A stretch of 64,000 nucleotides of DNA from Gemmatimonadota bacterium (GCA_046758745.1 JBHIAV010000010.1:1-64000), one strand, 5' to 3'; shown: positions 31,333 through 42,276, numbered from the stretch's first letter. A program made the numbers and translations. The notes: generated by a model not told the origin, from the sequence alone.

Positions 31333-32577
31333 CTAGCGCTCTGCCCCCACCCGGCTCACCACACCCAGCCCAGCGAAGAGCATGAACAGAAAGCTACCGC
31401 CGTAGCTGAGAAACGGGAGCGGAAGCCCAGTAACGGGCATCAAACCCACCGTCATCCCGACGTTGATCGCCACGTGGGCGGTCCACACCCCGAAGAGACA
31501 GAAGGCGGCTATGCTGCCGAACTCGTTGGTCGACCGCCGGGCCACCCGAAGCACGCGGCTCAGGAACCAGGCGAAGAGGAGGAGGAAGGCGACGACGCCG
31601 ACGAACCCCAGCTCCTCCCCGACGACGGAGAAGATGAAATCCGTGTGCTGCTCCGGGAGGAACGCCAGCCGCTTCTGCGGACCGTTCCCGTATCCGTAGC
31701 CGAACCATCCGCCGGAGCCGATCGCCACCTTGGACTGGATGAGGTGCCACCCCGCCCCGCGCGGGTCGATGCCGGGGTTCAGGAAGACCAGAAGGCGGTT
31801 CTGCTGGTACTCGGCCAGGCTGTTCCACAGGGGCAGAGTGAGGGCTCCCGCGGCCAGGTTGGCCGCCCCGACCGCAACCGCCTCCAGGGCGAAGGTGCGC
31901 CGCAAATACAGAAAGGCGACGACCGCGACGAACCACACCCCCCACACCACGGCGGAGAAACCGAGAACGAGGCTCACGGCCGGGCTCAGCAGGAGAAAGA
32001 TCGACGCCAACGGGACGCCCGCCCACACCAGGGCGCAGATCAGGATCACGCTGAAGATCAGCGCGCTGCCGAGGTCCGGCTGGACGAGGACGAGGCCGAA
32101 GGGAGCGAGCACGATGGCGAGAGGACGCCACACGCCGGCCAGTCTCTGACGGGACGACTCATGGCCGGTGAGGTCTCGCGCCAGCATCAAGATGGTGGCG
32201 AGCTTCGCCAGCTCCGCCGGCTGCAGGTTGACCGGCCCGAAGCTCAGCCAGCTACGAGTGTTGGGCCCGGTACCGATGACGAGCACGAGGATGAGGAGGC
32301 AGATGGAAGCCGCATACAGCCACGGACTCGCCCACTCAAGCCAGCGGAGCGGGACGCGCGAGGCCAGGTAGAACGCTCCGCACGCACCCACCGCCCACAC
32401 CAGCTGCCGCCGCCACACGCCCGATACCGCGGAGGGCAGCTCCACCTGGCCGGCCGAGTAGATCATCGCGATCCCCAGCACGGTGAGCAGGCCGGCGACG
32501 GCGACCAGCGCCGGATCCCCGATCCCGCTCCGACCACCGGCTCGGGCCCGCATCCAATTGGTCGGCCCCGGAATCAT
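31333..32577 (-). CDS. rodA: Rod shape-determining protein RodA (SEDS)
   Basis: LQPAELAK, QPDLGSA, QSKVAIGSGG, LPEQHTDFIFSVVGEELG, PVTGLPLPFLSYGGS. ATG overlaps the mrdA stop. Confidence 0.95.
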   Translation of the reverse strand: MIPGPTNWMRARAGGRSGIGDPALVAVAGLLTVLGIAMIYSAGQVELPSAVSGVWRRQLVWAVGACGAFYLASRVPLRWLEWASPWLYAASICLLILVLVIGTGPNTRSWLSFGPVNLQPAELAKLATILMLARDLTGHESSRQRLAGVWRPLAIVLAPFGLVLVQPDLGSALIFSVILICALVWAGVPLASIFLLLSPAVSLVLGFSAVVWGVWFVAVVAFLYLRRTFALEAVAVGAANLAAGALTLPLWNSLAEYQQNRLLVFLNPGIDPRGAGWHLIQSKVAIGSGGWFGYGYGNGPQKRLAFLPEQHTDFIFSVVGEELGFVGVVAFLLLFAWFLSRVLRVARRSTNEFGSIAAFCLFGVWTAHVAINVGMTVGLMPVTGLPLPFLSYGGSFLFMLFAGLGVVSRVGAER

Positions 32578-34529
32578 CGGGCCGCCTCCTCCGCGAGCGC
32601 CTCCGGCCCAGCAGCCGGCGAGGGGAACGCCCTCGGAGAGGGGGGCGGGGGAAGCGCACGCAGGGCGATCGGCTCCGCCGGTCGCGCGACGGGCGGCGCC
32701 GTATCGGGGAGGATCGGAGTCGTGGCCACCGCATCGGCGGGTCGCGTCACGCCGAGGTAGCGGGCGGCCAGCCTGGTGGCCACGGGTACGGCGAGGGCCG
32801 CCTGGTTGTCCGGGTGCCCGTACTCGACGATTGCCGCCACGACGATTCGCGGGTCGTACGCCGGGGCGAACCCCAAGAACCAGGAGTGCGGGGGACCGTG
32901 GGGATTCTGGGCCGTACCGGTCTTTCCGGCGAGAAGGACATCGTTCAGCCTGTGCCGGTAGGCCGTGCCTCCCGGCTCGTTCACTACCCGGGTGAGCGCT
33001 TGCACGAGCTCCAGCCGACGCTCCTCCGGCAGCTCGAGCGACCATTCGACGCGGCGTCCCTCCATCGCCTCGTTGCGAAGCAGATGGGGAACGATCGGCG
33101 ACTCGCCCGTCGCTAGCGCGGTGTAGAACTGCGCCATCTTGATCAGCGTCTGCTGTGTCTCGCCCTGGCCAATGGAGAGGTTGAGGACGACCGACTCGGT
33201 CCAGCCGCGGCGTCCGTAGCGGCGGTCGTACCATTCGCGCCCCGGGGGGTAGAACCCGGCCCTTTCCACGGGCAGATCCAGCCCCGACTTCCGGTTGAAC
33301 CCCAACGCATCGGCGCCCGCGGTCAGCGCGTCCAGCCCGAGGCGGAGGCCGGCCTGGTAGAAGAACACGTTGCAGCTCTGCTTGATCGCCTCGGAGAGAT
33401 CGAGGCTACCGTGTCCCTCCCGCTTCCAGCACCGGAACGCTCGCGTTCCGTACTGGAGCGCCCCTCGACAGCTGGTCGGCATGTGGGAGTCGATGGTGAA
33501 GACGCCGTTGCGCAAGCCGAGCGTCGAGATGACGAGCTTCCAGGTGGAGCCCGCCGCATACGCGGCGTAGCTCACCCGGTTGAGAAGCGGCTGATCGGGA
33601 TCGGAGCGAAGGGTGTTCCACAGCCGGGCCGAGATACCGCCGACGAACTCGTTCGGGTCGAAGGTCGGGTGGCTGTACAGGACCAGGACCTCACCGGTCC
33701 GCGGATCGAGCGCCACCACCCCCCCTCGTTCTCCCTCCGGGAAGATCGAATCGACATACTCCTGGAGTGAGAGATCCAGACCGAGCACAATGTCCTGGCC
33801 CGGGACCGGCGACACGTTCGGACGGGGGCCGAACTCGCTGACGATCGATCCCCTGGCGTTCACCTCGACATAACTCACCCCCGGGGTGCCACCGAGCACG
33901 TGCTGGTACTGCCGCTCGATCCCCGCCTTGCCGATCACCCGACCCGCCTCGTAGCCTTCGAACTCGGGTCGCTCGAGCTCCGCCTCGCTGATCTCGCTCA
34001 CGTAGCCGATCACGTGGGCGATGGCCCGCCCGGCGGGGTAGTATCGCCGCGGCTGCATCTCGATGACCGCCCGTCGAAACTCGGGGCGCCTCTCCTCGAT
34101 CGCGGCCACCTGCTCGAACCCTACGTTGTCCTTCACTGGGAGCGGCAGATGGCGGAAGCGTCGGAACTTCGTGAGAAGCGCCTCGCGTTCCTGTTCGCTG
34201 AGGCCGAGATACGGGGCCATCCGGTCGAGCGTCGCCCGCACCGAATCGACCTTCCCCGGAAGGATGGAGATCGAATACCCGGGGATGTTCTCGGCCACCA
34301 GTCGGCCGTTCCGGTCGTAGATACCGCCCCGCGGCGCCGGGATCGGGATCGCACGCAGACGGTTCTCCACGGAGCGCAGGGCGAAACCGCTGCTCCTGAG
34401 CACCTGGAGGCGGAAGAAGGCCGCGATCAGGATCCCGATGATGGCGAAGAGCACGAGGCTCGCCGCCCTTCCGCGGGTCCGTAGGACCGAGTCCGCCGCA
34501 TCGCGCGGGGGCGTGTGCGGTGTGTTCAC
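32574..34529 (-). CDS. mrdA: Penicillin-binding protein 2
   Basis: APRGGIYDRNG, GKAGIERQY, STWK (SxxK), SCN (SxN), KTGTAQ. GTG overlaps the mreD stop. Confidence 0.95.
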   Translation of the reverse strand: MNTPHTPPRDAADSVLRTRGRAASLVLFAIIGILIAAFFRLQVLRSSGFALRSVENRLRAIPIPAPRGGIYDRNGRLVAENIPGYSISILPGKVDSVRATLDRMAPYLGLSEQEREALLTKFRRFRHLPLPVKDNVGFEQVAAIEERRPEFRRAVIEMQPRRYYPAGRAIAHVIGYVSEISEAELERPEFEGYEAGRVIGKAGIERQYQHVLGGTPGVSYVEVNARGSIVSEFGPRPNVSPVPGQDIVLGLDLSLQEYVDSIFPEGERGGVVALDPRTGEVLVLYSHPTFDPNEFVGGISARLWNTLRSDPDQPLLNRVSYAAYAAGSTWKLVISTLGLRNGVFTIDSHMPTSCRGALQYGTRAFRCWKREGHGSLDLSEAIKQSCNVFFYQAGLRLGLDALTAGADALGFNRKSGLDLPVERAGFYPPGREWYDRRYGRRGWTESVVLNLSIGQGETQQTLIKMAQFYTALATGESPIVPHLLRNEAMEGRRVEWSLELPEERRLELVQALTRVVNEPGGTAYRHRLNDVLLAGKTGTAQNPHGPPHSWFLGFAPAYDPRIVVAAIVEYGHPDNQAALAVPVATRLAARYLGVTRPADAVATTPILPDTAPPVARPAEPIALRALPPPPSPRAFPSPAAGPEALAEEAAR

Positions 34530-34996
34530 GGCCAGATTTCCGTGAAGACCCGCTCCGCCGTTCCGCACACGGCGGCCGTGAGGATGGCACTTCCCAACGT
34601 CCCGAAGAACAAGGCCACGAACCCGGTCGGAGCCCGCCCGACGAGACCGAGAGCGATCAAGGAGACCCAGCTACCGGCGAACAGGTAGACGAAGATGAAA
34701 GGCTTCGCGTCCGCGAACAGCAGATCACGCGACCTCGCACCGAGATAGCCGAGCACCGTGAACACGATTGAAAGCACGCCCATCCCTTCCAGCGCCATCG
34801 ATGCTTCGAGCAGGCCGAGCGCGAACCCGAGCGTCGCAGCGTACCCGGCGCGCATTCGCAGGGAGGCCAGGAGGAAACCGCCGAGCAGAAAGCTCGGGGC
34901 TACCAACCACTGCAGCAGCACCGGACGAAAAGTGAAGTGCAGCGTGACGAAGAGGATCGCAAGGGCAGCACGCGCGACGGCCCCCGTCGTCGTCAT
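34526..34996 (-). CDS. mreD: Rod shape-determining protein MreD
   Basis: Small polytopic membrane protein between mreC and mrdA, with GFALGLLE motif. Confidence 0.8.
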   Translation of the reverse strand: MTTTGAVARAALAILFVTLHFTFRPVLLQWLVAPSFLLGGFLLASLRMRAGYAATLGFALGLLEASMALEGMGVLSIVFTVLGYLGARSRDLLFADAKPFIFVYLFAGSWVSLIALGLVGRAPTGFVALFFGTLGSAILTAAVCGTAERVFTEIWP

Positions 34997-35045
34997 CCCC
35001 CTCCCCCCCACCCCCCGAGGCGGGCAGGTGACACGGCGGCGCGCG

Positions 35046-35867
35046 TCACGGACCTACCGGCTCCCGGCGCCACACGAGCACCACGCTCACCTCCTCCGGA
35101 CGCACGGCCGGCTCCACCAGATAGCTCTTCTCCCAGCCCGACTCGCTCTGCGCCGCGAGCTCCCGCACCGTGCCGACAGGAATCCCGGGGGGATAGATGC
35201 CACCCACGCCTGCCGTGACGAGGCGGGTCCCGGCCACGATGTCGGCCTGGTAGGGAGCGCCCTCGAGCAGCATTACGCTCCCGCCCGACTCACGGCGGCG
35301 CGAGCGCACGATCCCCGTCGCACCGCCGGTCTCGGTGCGGACGCTCACTGCGAACTCCGGGTGGGTCCAGAAGTCCCCGATGGAAAACCCGGCGCCGGTG
35401 GAGCGTGCCACGCCCACGAGCCCACCGGTAGTGAACACCCCCACGGGTGGCTCCACGCCCTCCCTGGCGCCCGCGCGAAGCAGGAAGGTGTGCGAGCTGC
35501 CGACGATCGGCCGTCCCGGCACGAGCTCGGTGACCAGAAACTCACCGGGCCTACGATCTCGAAGGCTCAGGAGGACCCGCAGACGCTCGTTCTCGTCCAC
35601 CGCTCCGGAGAGTTCGAGCAGCCGCCGGGAGAGGGAATCCCGCTCGGCCTCCAGTTCCTCCACGCGCCGCGCGAGACCCCGGCGTTCCGCGAGGTTGGCG
35701 TGGATGGAAAGGAACGGAGCGAGGACGGTAGCTCGCAGCTGCTGGGTCAGCTCTACCTGTAGCGCCGGGCTCATTCGGGCCAGCAGCCAGGCCCCGAACA
35801 GCAGGAGGGTGGTCAGTGCCAGATCGCGTCGCCTCGACTCCGGCCGCCGGACGGATGGATAGCCCAC
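35046..35867 (-). CDS. mreC: Rod shape-determining protein MreC
   Basis: TM plus coiled coil, ENERLRVLL, GLVGV, VTAGVGGIYPPGIPVGTV. Confidence 0.92.
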   Translation of the reverse strand: MGYPSVRRPESRRRDLALTTLLLFGAWLLARMSPALQVELTQQLRATVLAPFLSIHANLAERRGLARRVEELEAERDSLSRRLLELSGAVDENERLRVLLSLRDRRPGEFLVTELVPGRPIVGSSHTFLLRAGAREGVEPPVGVFTTGGLVGVARSTGAGFSIGDFWTHPEFAVSVRTETGGATGIVRSRRRESGGSVMLLEGAPYQADIVAGTRLVTAGVGGIYPPGIPVGTVRELAAQSESGWEKSYLVEPAVRPEEVSVVLVWRREPVGP

Positions 35868-35881
35868 GCTTCGGGATCGGC

Positions 35882-36916
35882 TCAGGTGGTCAACACGCTC
35901 CGGTAGCGTTCAAGGTCGTCGAGGATTCGGCCGCTCCCACGCACCACGCAGGTGAGGGGCTCCTCATCGACATGAATCGGGAGACCCGTCTCCTCGCGGA
36001 GAAGGCGGTCCAGACCCCGAATGAGAGAGCCGCCACCCGTCATCACGATCCCCCGGTCCACGATATCGGCCGCGAGCTCCGGGGGTGTGATCTCCAGGGC
36101 GCGGCGCACGGCCCCCACGATCGCCTGGACCGGCTCCAGCATACACTCCCGGATCTCCGCCGAGTTGACTCGAACCGTCTTGGGGATTCCGGAGACGAGA
36201 TCTCGGCCGCGCACCGACATCTCTCGCTCCTCGTCGGTCTTGAACGCGGAGCCGATCTGGATCTTGATCGCCTCGGCCGTCGGGTCGCCGATCAGGAGGT
36301 TGTAGTTCTTTCGCAGGAAGGTGACGATCGCCGCGTCCAGCTCATCCCCGGCGACCCGGATGGATGTCTCCGCCACGGAGCCGGACAGCGCGATCACCGC
36401 GATCTCCGTCGTTCCCCCTCCGATGTCGATCACCATGTTGCCGGTCGGGGTCTCCACCGGCAGCCCGACCCCGATGGCCGCCGCCATCGGCTCGGAGACC
36501 ATGTACACTTCCTTGGCTCCCGCCGCGTGCGCGCTCGATCGGACCGCCCGCCTCTCGAGCTCCGTGATCCCGGACGGCACTCCGACCACGACCCGGGGTC
36601 GGATCTTGAAGAAGCGGTTCGCCGTCACCGTCTTGAGGAAGTACCGCAGCATGATCTCGGTGACATCCACGTCCGCGATCACACCATCCTTCATGGGTCG
36701 CACGGCGTCGATCCCCGAGGGCGTCCGTCCGAGCATGCGCTTCGCTTCGAGGCCGATCCCCTTGATCCGACCCGTGCTCCGTTCCACCGCGACGACGGAG
36801 GGCTCGTTGAGCACGATCCCCTCGCCCTTCACATAGATCAGCGTGTTGGCCGTGCCGAGGTCTACTCCGATGTCGTTGATCGGCAGCAGACTCCCCTTCC
36901 GAAACCATTTCAGCAT
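35882..36916 (-). CDS. mreB: Rod shape-determining protein MreB
   Basis: DLGTANT, EPSVVA, RPMKDGVIAD, EPMAAAIG, DIGGGTTE, GIVMTGGGSL. ATG at 36916. Confidence 0.97.
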   Translation of the reverse strand: MLKWFRKGSLLPINDIGVDLGTANTLIYVKGEGIVLNEPSVVAVERSTGRIKGIGLEAKRMLGRTPSGIDAVRPMKDGVIADVDVTEIMLRYFLKTVTANRFFKIRPRVVVGVPSGITELERRAVRSSAHAAGAKEVYMVSEPMAAAIGVGLPVETPTGNMVIDIGGGTTEIAVIALSGSVAETSIRVAGDELDAAIVTFLRKNYNLLIGDPTAEAIKIQIGSAFKTDEEREMSVRGRDLVSGIPKTVRVNSAEIRECMLEPVQAIVGAVRRALEITPPELAADIVDRGIVMTGGGSLIRGLDRLLREETGLPIHVDEEPLTCVVRGSGRILDDLERYRSVLTT

Positions 36917-37118
36917 GGATGATCCCGAGCTGGATCCCGATTCTGCATCTGCCCGCTTTCCGGACGCGCTCGCTCGGCGAGCGTGGGCAGGCGGCCTCCC
37001 CGCGGTCTCGGCCGCCGCAATGTAGACGGGCCCTCCAGAAGGCGAAAGGCGACGTCCGACCGGGCTCGCCGGCCCGCTTTGGAGATCGGGAAGGCGACGA
37101 GGAGGACCGCTCGGAGGC

Positions 37119-38231
37119 TCAGAGAACCTCCTCGAGCGGAGTGTACTCGAGCCCGAACGCCTCGGCGACGGCCGCGTAGGTGCACCTGCCATCCACCGCG
37201 TTGACCCCGAGCGACAGGGATTCGTCGGCCCGGCACGCCTGCCGCCAGCCCATGTCCGCGAGCTGGAGAGCGTAGTGGAACGTGGCGTTCGTCAGAGCCA
37301 GCGTAGAAGTTCGCGGAACGGCGCCCGGCATGTTGGCTACGCAGTAGTGGATCACTCCCTCCACCACATACGTCGGGTCTGCGTGCGTTGTCGGCCGCAC
37401 GGTCTCCACGCACCCCCCCTGATCGACCGCGACGTCCACGATCACCGAGCCTTTCTTCATCAGCTTCAAGTCCGTGCGGAGAACGAGGCGCGGGGCTTTG
37501 GCGCCGGGAAGGAGCACGGCTCCGATCAGGAGGTCTGCCCGTCGAAGCTGTTCGAGAATGTTGTGTCGGTTCGAATACAGGGTGTCCACGTTGGCCGGCA
37601 TGACGTCGGCCAGGTAACGGAGACGGTCCAGGTTGACGTCCAGGATGGTGACATGTGCCCCGAAGCCGGCGGCGATCCTGGCTGCGTTGGTTCCCACCAC
37701 CCCGCCGCCGAGGATCGTCACTTCGGCCGGGAGCACGCCCGGCACGCCGCCCAGAAGGACACCGGACCCGCCCGAGGCCTGCTCGAGGTATTTGGCCCCC
37801 TCCTGCACTGCCATCCGGCCGGCCACTTCCGACATCGGGGTGAGGAGCGGGAGCTCCCCGCTGGGTAGCTGCACCGTCTCGTATGCGATGGCTACGCAGC
37901 GCCGCTCGAGCATCGTGCGTGTCAGGGTCTCGTCGGCGGCGAAGTGGAAATAGGTGAAGAGGACCTGACCGGCCCGGATGCGGCTGTACTCGGGCTCGAT
38001 CGGCTCCTTCACCTTCATGATCATCTCCGCCTCCGCCCACACATCGTCCGCGTCCGGCACGATCTCCGCGCCGACCGAGGCGTATGCCTCATCCACGAAC
38101 CCGCTCCCCACGCCGGCACCCTGCTCGATGAGGACCCGATGCCCGGCACCGACCAACGCTTCAGTCCCCGCGGGAACGAGGGCGATCCGGTTCTCATCCG
38201 ATTTGGTCTCCTTCGGAACTCCTATGATCAT
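37119..38231 (-). CDS. ald: Alanine dehydrogenase
   Basis: [54 protein letters not shown]. Confidence 0.96.
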   Translation of the reverse strand: MIIGVPKETKSDENRIALVPAGTEALVGAGHRVLIEQGAGVGSGFVDEAYASVGAEIVPDADDVWAEAEMIMKVKEPIEPEYSRIRAGQVLFTYFHFAADETLTRTMLERRCVAIAYETVQLPSGELPLLTPMSEVAGRMAVQEGAKYLEQASGGSGVLLGGVPGVLPAEVTILGGGVVGTNAARIAAGFGAHVTILDVNLDRLRYLADVMPANVDTLYSNRHNILEQLRRADLLIGAVLLPGAKAPRLVLRTDLKLMKKGSVIVDVAVDQGGCVETVRPTTHADPTYVVEGVIHYCVANMPGAVPRTSTLALTNATFHYALQLADMGWRQACRADESLSLGVNAVDGRCTYAAVAEAFGLEYTPLEEVL

Positions 38232-38298
38232 CGCGCGAACTCCTCGATCGGTCGGCCCGTGCTAGACGGCAGGTGCTCGGCGCTTCAGGCTCCGTCCG

Positions 38299-39576
38299 CT
38301 AGGCGGGAGTCAGCTCGAGCACGGCCACGCGATCCGGGTGGAGGAGCGAGGCGGCGGCGTTCGCGTCCTCGAGTGATATGGCCGCGATCCGGCCAGCTGT
38401 CTCCTCGATCGACCGGTACGGTTCCCCGTGCAGGGCCCCGGCGGCCAGCCGCTCCATGCGGAACGCCGTCGACTCGACGGAGAGATGGAGCTGACCACGG
38501 AGCTGCTCGCGGGTGACCTCGACCTCCGAGGCGGACAGTCCCGTCGTGGCCACGCGCTCCAGCTCGTCGAGAAGCGTCTCCCTCGCTCGCGTCGCCGCTT
38601 CGGGCTGCGTACCGACGTAGGCGCCGATGTGCCCGCTTCGACCGTAGAAGGCATGAAACGTATACACCTGGTAGGCCAGACCGAGCTCTTCCCGGATGCG
38701 CTGGAAGAGGCGGGAGCTCATCCCGCCTCCGAGCGCCGTGCTGACCAGGATGAGGGCGTGGCGAAGCGGATCCGAATACCGCACGCCGAGCGCGCCCGCC
38801 ACAATATGCGTCTGGCGGCCGTCCGACCGCGTCACCTCGAGAAGGCCGGTCCCTCCTGCGGTCACCGGCGCGATCCCGGGAGGGGCCACGGCCGGGGCGG
38901 GCGGCAGGAGGGGAAGGAGGAGCCCGACGAGCCGCGCGTGCTCCAGGTGCCCCGCCGCTGCGACCACGGCGTTGCCCGGATGATACGCTTCCCGGTGCAG
39001 CCTGCGCAGTGCCGCGGCATCGATCGAACCGACCGTGTCGGCCGTGCCCAGGATCGGAACCCCGTACGGGTGCCCGCCGTACAGGAACTCCGCGTGACGC
39101 TCGAACACCAGCTCTTCCGGAGTGTCCTCGACGCGGGCGATCTCCTCGAGGACCACGTTTCGTTCCAGCTCGAGATCGGCTTCCCGGAGTGCCGGCTGAA
39201 ACGACAGGTCGGCGAGCACGTCCAGCGCGTTCTCGAGGTATTCGTCGGGGACTCGTACCTGAAAGGTCGTGTACTCGTGCGTGGTGAACGCGTCGAGTGA
39301 GCCCCCCAGCCGCTCGATCTCCAGGGCCAGGCGGCGGGCGGAGCGCGACTCCGTCCCCTTGAACACCATGTGCTCCAGCAGGTGGGAGATCCCTCGCTCC
39401 GCCGGGAGCTCATGCGCCGTGCCTTGCCGGAACCAAATCCCGAGCGCCACCGAGCGGACCGAGTCTATCCGCTCCGACAGCACTTCGGTGCCTGCCGGGA
39501 GGACGGTTCGCCACACCGTCCGGTCGAGCCGCTCGCTCACCCCTGGGGCGGCAGTCTGAGCGCTCAATCCCGTCAT
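38299..39576 (-). CDS. M16 family (pitrilysin-like) zinc peptidase
   Basis: GISHLLEHMVFKGT (HxxEH), ERNVVLEEI, LGGGMSSRLFQRIREELGLAY. Usual position after pnp. Confidence 0.93.
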   Translation of the reverse strand: MTGLSAQTAAPGVSERLDRTVWRTVLPAGTEVLSERIDSVRSVALGIWFRQGTAHELPAERGISHLLEHMVFKGTESRSARRLALEIERLGGSLDAFTTHEYTTFQVRVPDEYLENALDVLADLSFQPALREADLELERNVVLEEIARVEDTPEELVFERHAEFLYGGHPYGVPILGTADTVGSIDAAALRRLHREAYHPGNAVVAAAGHLEHARLVGLLLPLLPPAPAVAPPGIAPVTAGGTGLLEVTRSDGRQTHIVAGALGVRYSDPLRHALILVSTALGGGMSSRLFQRIREELGLAYQVYTFHAFYGRSGHIGAYVGTQPEAATRARETLLDELERVATTGLSASEVEVTREQLRGQLHLSVESTAFRMERLAAGALHGEPYRSIEETAGRIAAISLEDANAAASLLHPDRVAVLELTPA

Positions 39577-39667
39577 CCCCCGCTTCGCTTTCTGGCTCGG
39601 CGGCAAGCGAAAGCGGGAACCCGCTCCTCAGCCGGTCCTCGCCCGAAGCCATCGCTGCACACGCGGC

Positions 39668-41755
39668 CTATTTGCTGTTCATCGCCGCGCGCCTCGACAG
39701 CTTGAGACGGCCGCGCTCGTCGATCGCCAGCAGCTTCACCTTGACGACGTCGCCCGCCTTGACGACGTCCTCCGTTCGCTCGGTGCGACCCTCCTCAAGC
39801 TCGGAGATGTGGCACAGGCCCTCGACGCCGGGGATGATCTCGACGAACGCGCCGAAGGAGGTAGTGTTCTTGACGACGCCCTCGTATACGCGCCCCACCT
39901 CCGGCTCCGCGACAATCGCCTCGACCATCTGGCGTGCCCTCTCACCCCCCTCTCCGGCGACAGACGAGATGGTAACGACCCCGGTGTCCTCGATGTTGAT
40001 CTCGGTCCCGGTTTCCTCCTGGATGCCGCGGATCGTCTTCCCCTTCGGCCCGATCACATCGCCAATCTTCTCGGGGTTGATCTGAATCGTGATGATCCGC
40101 GGCGCATATCGAGACATCTCCGAGCGCGGCTGCCCCAGAGTCTGCGCCATCAATTCTAGAATGTGCAGGCGAGCGGCCTTCGCCTTCTCGAGCGCATCGC
40201 GTATCGTGGCGAGCTCGAGGCCGCCGATCTTGATGTCCATCTGGATGGCGGTGATCCCGCTCGCCGTGCCTGCCACCTTGAAGTCCATGTCGCCCAGGGC
40301 ATCCTCGATGCCGAGTATGTCGGTGAGCACCGCGACCCGCTCACCCTGCTTGATCAGACCCATCGCGATCCCGGCACACGGAGCGCGGAGCGGCACGCCG
40401 GCATCCATCATCGCCAGCGACCCGCCGCACACGGTCGCCATCGAGCTCGAGCCGTTCGACTCGAGGATGTCGGACACAATACGGATCGTGTACGGGAACT
40501 CCTCGTACGGCGGCAGAAGCGACTGTAGGGCCCGCTCCGCGAGCATCCCGTGTCCGATCTCACGGCGGCCGGGACCGCGAAACGGACGCACCTCCCCGAC
40601 GGAGAACGGCGGGAAGTTGTAGTGGAGCATGAACGACTTGGACGTCTCCTGCCGAACGTCGATCGAGTCGATGCGCTGCTCGTCGCTGATCGTCCCGAGC
40701 GTGGTCACGCACAGAGCCTGCGTCTGACCGCGGGTGAAGAGCGCCGAGCCATGCGTGCGCGGCAGCACCCCGACCTCGCACGTGATCGGACGGATCTCCT
40801 CCGGCGTTCGGCCGTCCACCCGCTCGCCCCTTTCGAGGATCTGCCGACGCATCGTCTTCTTCTCGATCTCTCTCAGCACCGAGGCCGCGTCATCGAGCCG
40901 GTCCGCGTACTCCTCACCGAGCTCACCGACCACCGACTCCCTAAGGGCCGAGAGGGCCTGCTTGCGCTCGTCCTTGTTCGGGAGGTTCAGCGCCTCTTCG
41001 ATCCGATCGGCCGCCACACGGTGCACCGTCTCCCGGAGCTCGTCAGGAATCGGAAGTGCCTCCCACTCGAACTTCTGGGGTGGGCCTCCGACCGCCTCGA
41101 TGAGTTCCTGCTGGATCGCGATGAGCTCCCGCACCGCAGCGTGCGCGACCTCCAGCGCATCGATCATCTCGTCCTCGGAGATCTCTACCGCCGCGCCCTC
41201 CACCATGACTATCGAGTCTTCCGTGCCGGCTACCACGATGTCCATTTCCGAGTATTCGAGCTGCTCGAAGGTCGGGTTGATCACCCACTCACCGTCGATG
41301 CGGCCCACGCGCACTGCGGCGATCGGGCCACCCCACGGGACCGGCGAGATGCTCAGAGCCGCCGAAGCGCCGAGCAGGGCCAACACATCGGCGTCGTTCT
41401 CCTGATCCGCCGAGATGACAAAACAGGCGACTTGTGTCTCGTTCTGATAGCTGTCGGGGAAGAGGGGGCGAAGAGGACGGTCGATCTGGCGAGCGGAGAC
41501 GATCTCCTTGTCGCTAGGCCTGCCTTCCCGCTTGATGAAGCCGCCAGGAAACTTCCCGGCGGCGTAGCTCTTCGCCCGGTACTCCACGGTCAGGGGGAAG
41601 AAGGGCAGATTGCTGCGTTTCCGCTCGGCGACGGCGCTGACGAGCACCACGGTGTCGCCGAATTGCGCGAGGACCGCTCCGTCGGCCTGTCGGGCCATCC
41701 GGCCCGTCTCGAGGATCAGCTTACGGCCGGCGAACTCTTTCTCTAATCTGTGCAT
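39668..41755 (-). CDS. pnp: Polyribonucleotide nucleotidyltransferase (PNPase)
   Basis: FFPLTVEY, RQIDRPLRPLF, HGSALFTRGQTQ, RREIGHG, ESNGSSSMA, GDMDFKVAG, KH and S1 domains. Confidence 0.98.
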   Translation of the reverse strand: MHRLEKEFAGRKLILETGRMARQADGAVLAQFGDTVVLVSAVAERKRSNLPFFPLTVEYRAKSYAAGKFPGGFIKREGRPSDKEIVSARQIDRPLRPLFPDSYQNETQVACFVISADQENDADVLALLGASAALSISPVPWGGPIAAVRVGRIDGEWVINPTFEQLEYSEMDIVVAGTEDSIVMVEGAAVEISEDEMIDALEVAHAAVRELIAIQQELIEAVGGPPQKFEWEALPIPDELRETVHRVAADRIEEALNLPNKDERKQALSALRESVVGELGEEYADRLDDAASVLREIEKKTMRRQILERGERVDGRTPEEIRPITCEVGVLPRTHGSALFTRGQTQALCVTTLGTISDEQRIDSIDVRQETSKSFMLHYNFPPFSVGEVRPFRGPGRREIGHGMLAERALQSLLPPYEEFPYTIRIVSDILESNGSSSMATVCGGSLAMMDAGVPLRAPCAGIAMGLIKQGERVAVLTDILGIEDALGDMDFKVAGTASGITAIQMDIKIGGLELATIRDALEKAKAARLHILELMAQTLGQPRSEMSRYAPRIITIQINPEKIGDVIGPKGKTIRGIQEETGTEINIEDTGVVTISSVAGEGGERARQMVEAIVAEPEVGRVYEGVVKNTTSFGAFVEIIPGVEGLCHISELEEGRTERTEDVVKAGDVVKVKLLAIDERGRLKLSRRAAMNSK

Positions 41756-41776
41756 GAATCGGATACCTCTGGAAGC

Positions 41777-41827
41777 GGAGCGACGGCTCTCCGCGTGTCC
41801 CTGCCACCGGGCGCGCCGTCGCGCTCC
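41777..41827 (-). promoter_or_regulatory. Long stem-loop in the pnp leader
   Basis: Minus strand GGAG(CG)CGACGGC...GCCGTCGCTCC pairs just upstream of the pnp ribosome-binding site. Confidence 0.45.
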
Positions 41828-41837
41828 ACAACGCTAG

Positions 41838-41884
41838 AAACAATGGGAAGGCCGCCGGGCGCGATTCGCCCGCGCCCGACGGCC
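41838..41884 (-). terminator. Putative intrinsic terminator after rpsO
   Basis: 14-bp stem GGCCGTCGGGCGCG/CGCGCCCGGCGGCC (one G-U pair) followed by TTCCCATTGTTT. Confidence 0.55.
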
Positions 41885-41950
41885 GTGGCTTCGAAAACGG
41901 GTCCGGAAAGCCGATGAGCCCGCGCAGCCATGGCGGTGAACCCCGAACCG

Positions 41951-42220
41951 CTAGTGTCGCAGACCCAGCTCCTCGATCACTTGGCGGTACCGCTTCGGGT
42001 CGGTCCGCTTGAGGTACTCGAGCAGGCGGCGACGGCGGCCCACCATCTTGAGGAGGCCCCGCCGGCTGTGGTGATCCTTGGCGTGCGTACGAAAGTGGTC
42101 GGTAAGCTGGTCGATCCGGGCGGTGAGAAGGGCGATTTGAACCGCGGCGGAGCCTTGGTCTCCCTCCTGCGTCCCGAAGCGCTCGATGATGTTTGCCTTC
42201 TCCGTGGTGTCCAGCGTCAT
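41951..42220 (-). CDS. rpsO: 30S ribosomal protein S15
   Basis: [39 protein letters not shown]; 89 aa; GGAGG SD. Confidence 0.98.
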   Translation of the reverse strand: MTLDTTEKANIIERFGTQEGDQGSAAVQIALLTARIDQLTDHFRTHAKDHHSRRGLLKMVGRRRRLLEYLKRTDPKRYRQVIEELGLRH

Positions 42221-42276
42221 CCGTTCCTCCGGCGGCCCGCGATTCCCGAGTGGGGACGGGTGCGCTTCTTGTAGGG

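Noticed and set aside
31333..33234. Long N-terminal extensions on rodA (also mreB, pcrA, kinase, pgeF, truB) in the ORF track
   Set aside because: They overlap upstream genes out of frame; internal starts, mostly at ATGA/GTGA overlaps, give normal lengths.
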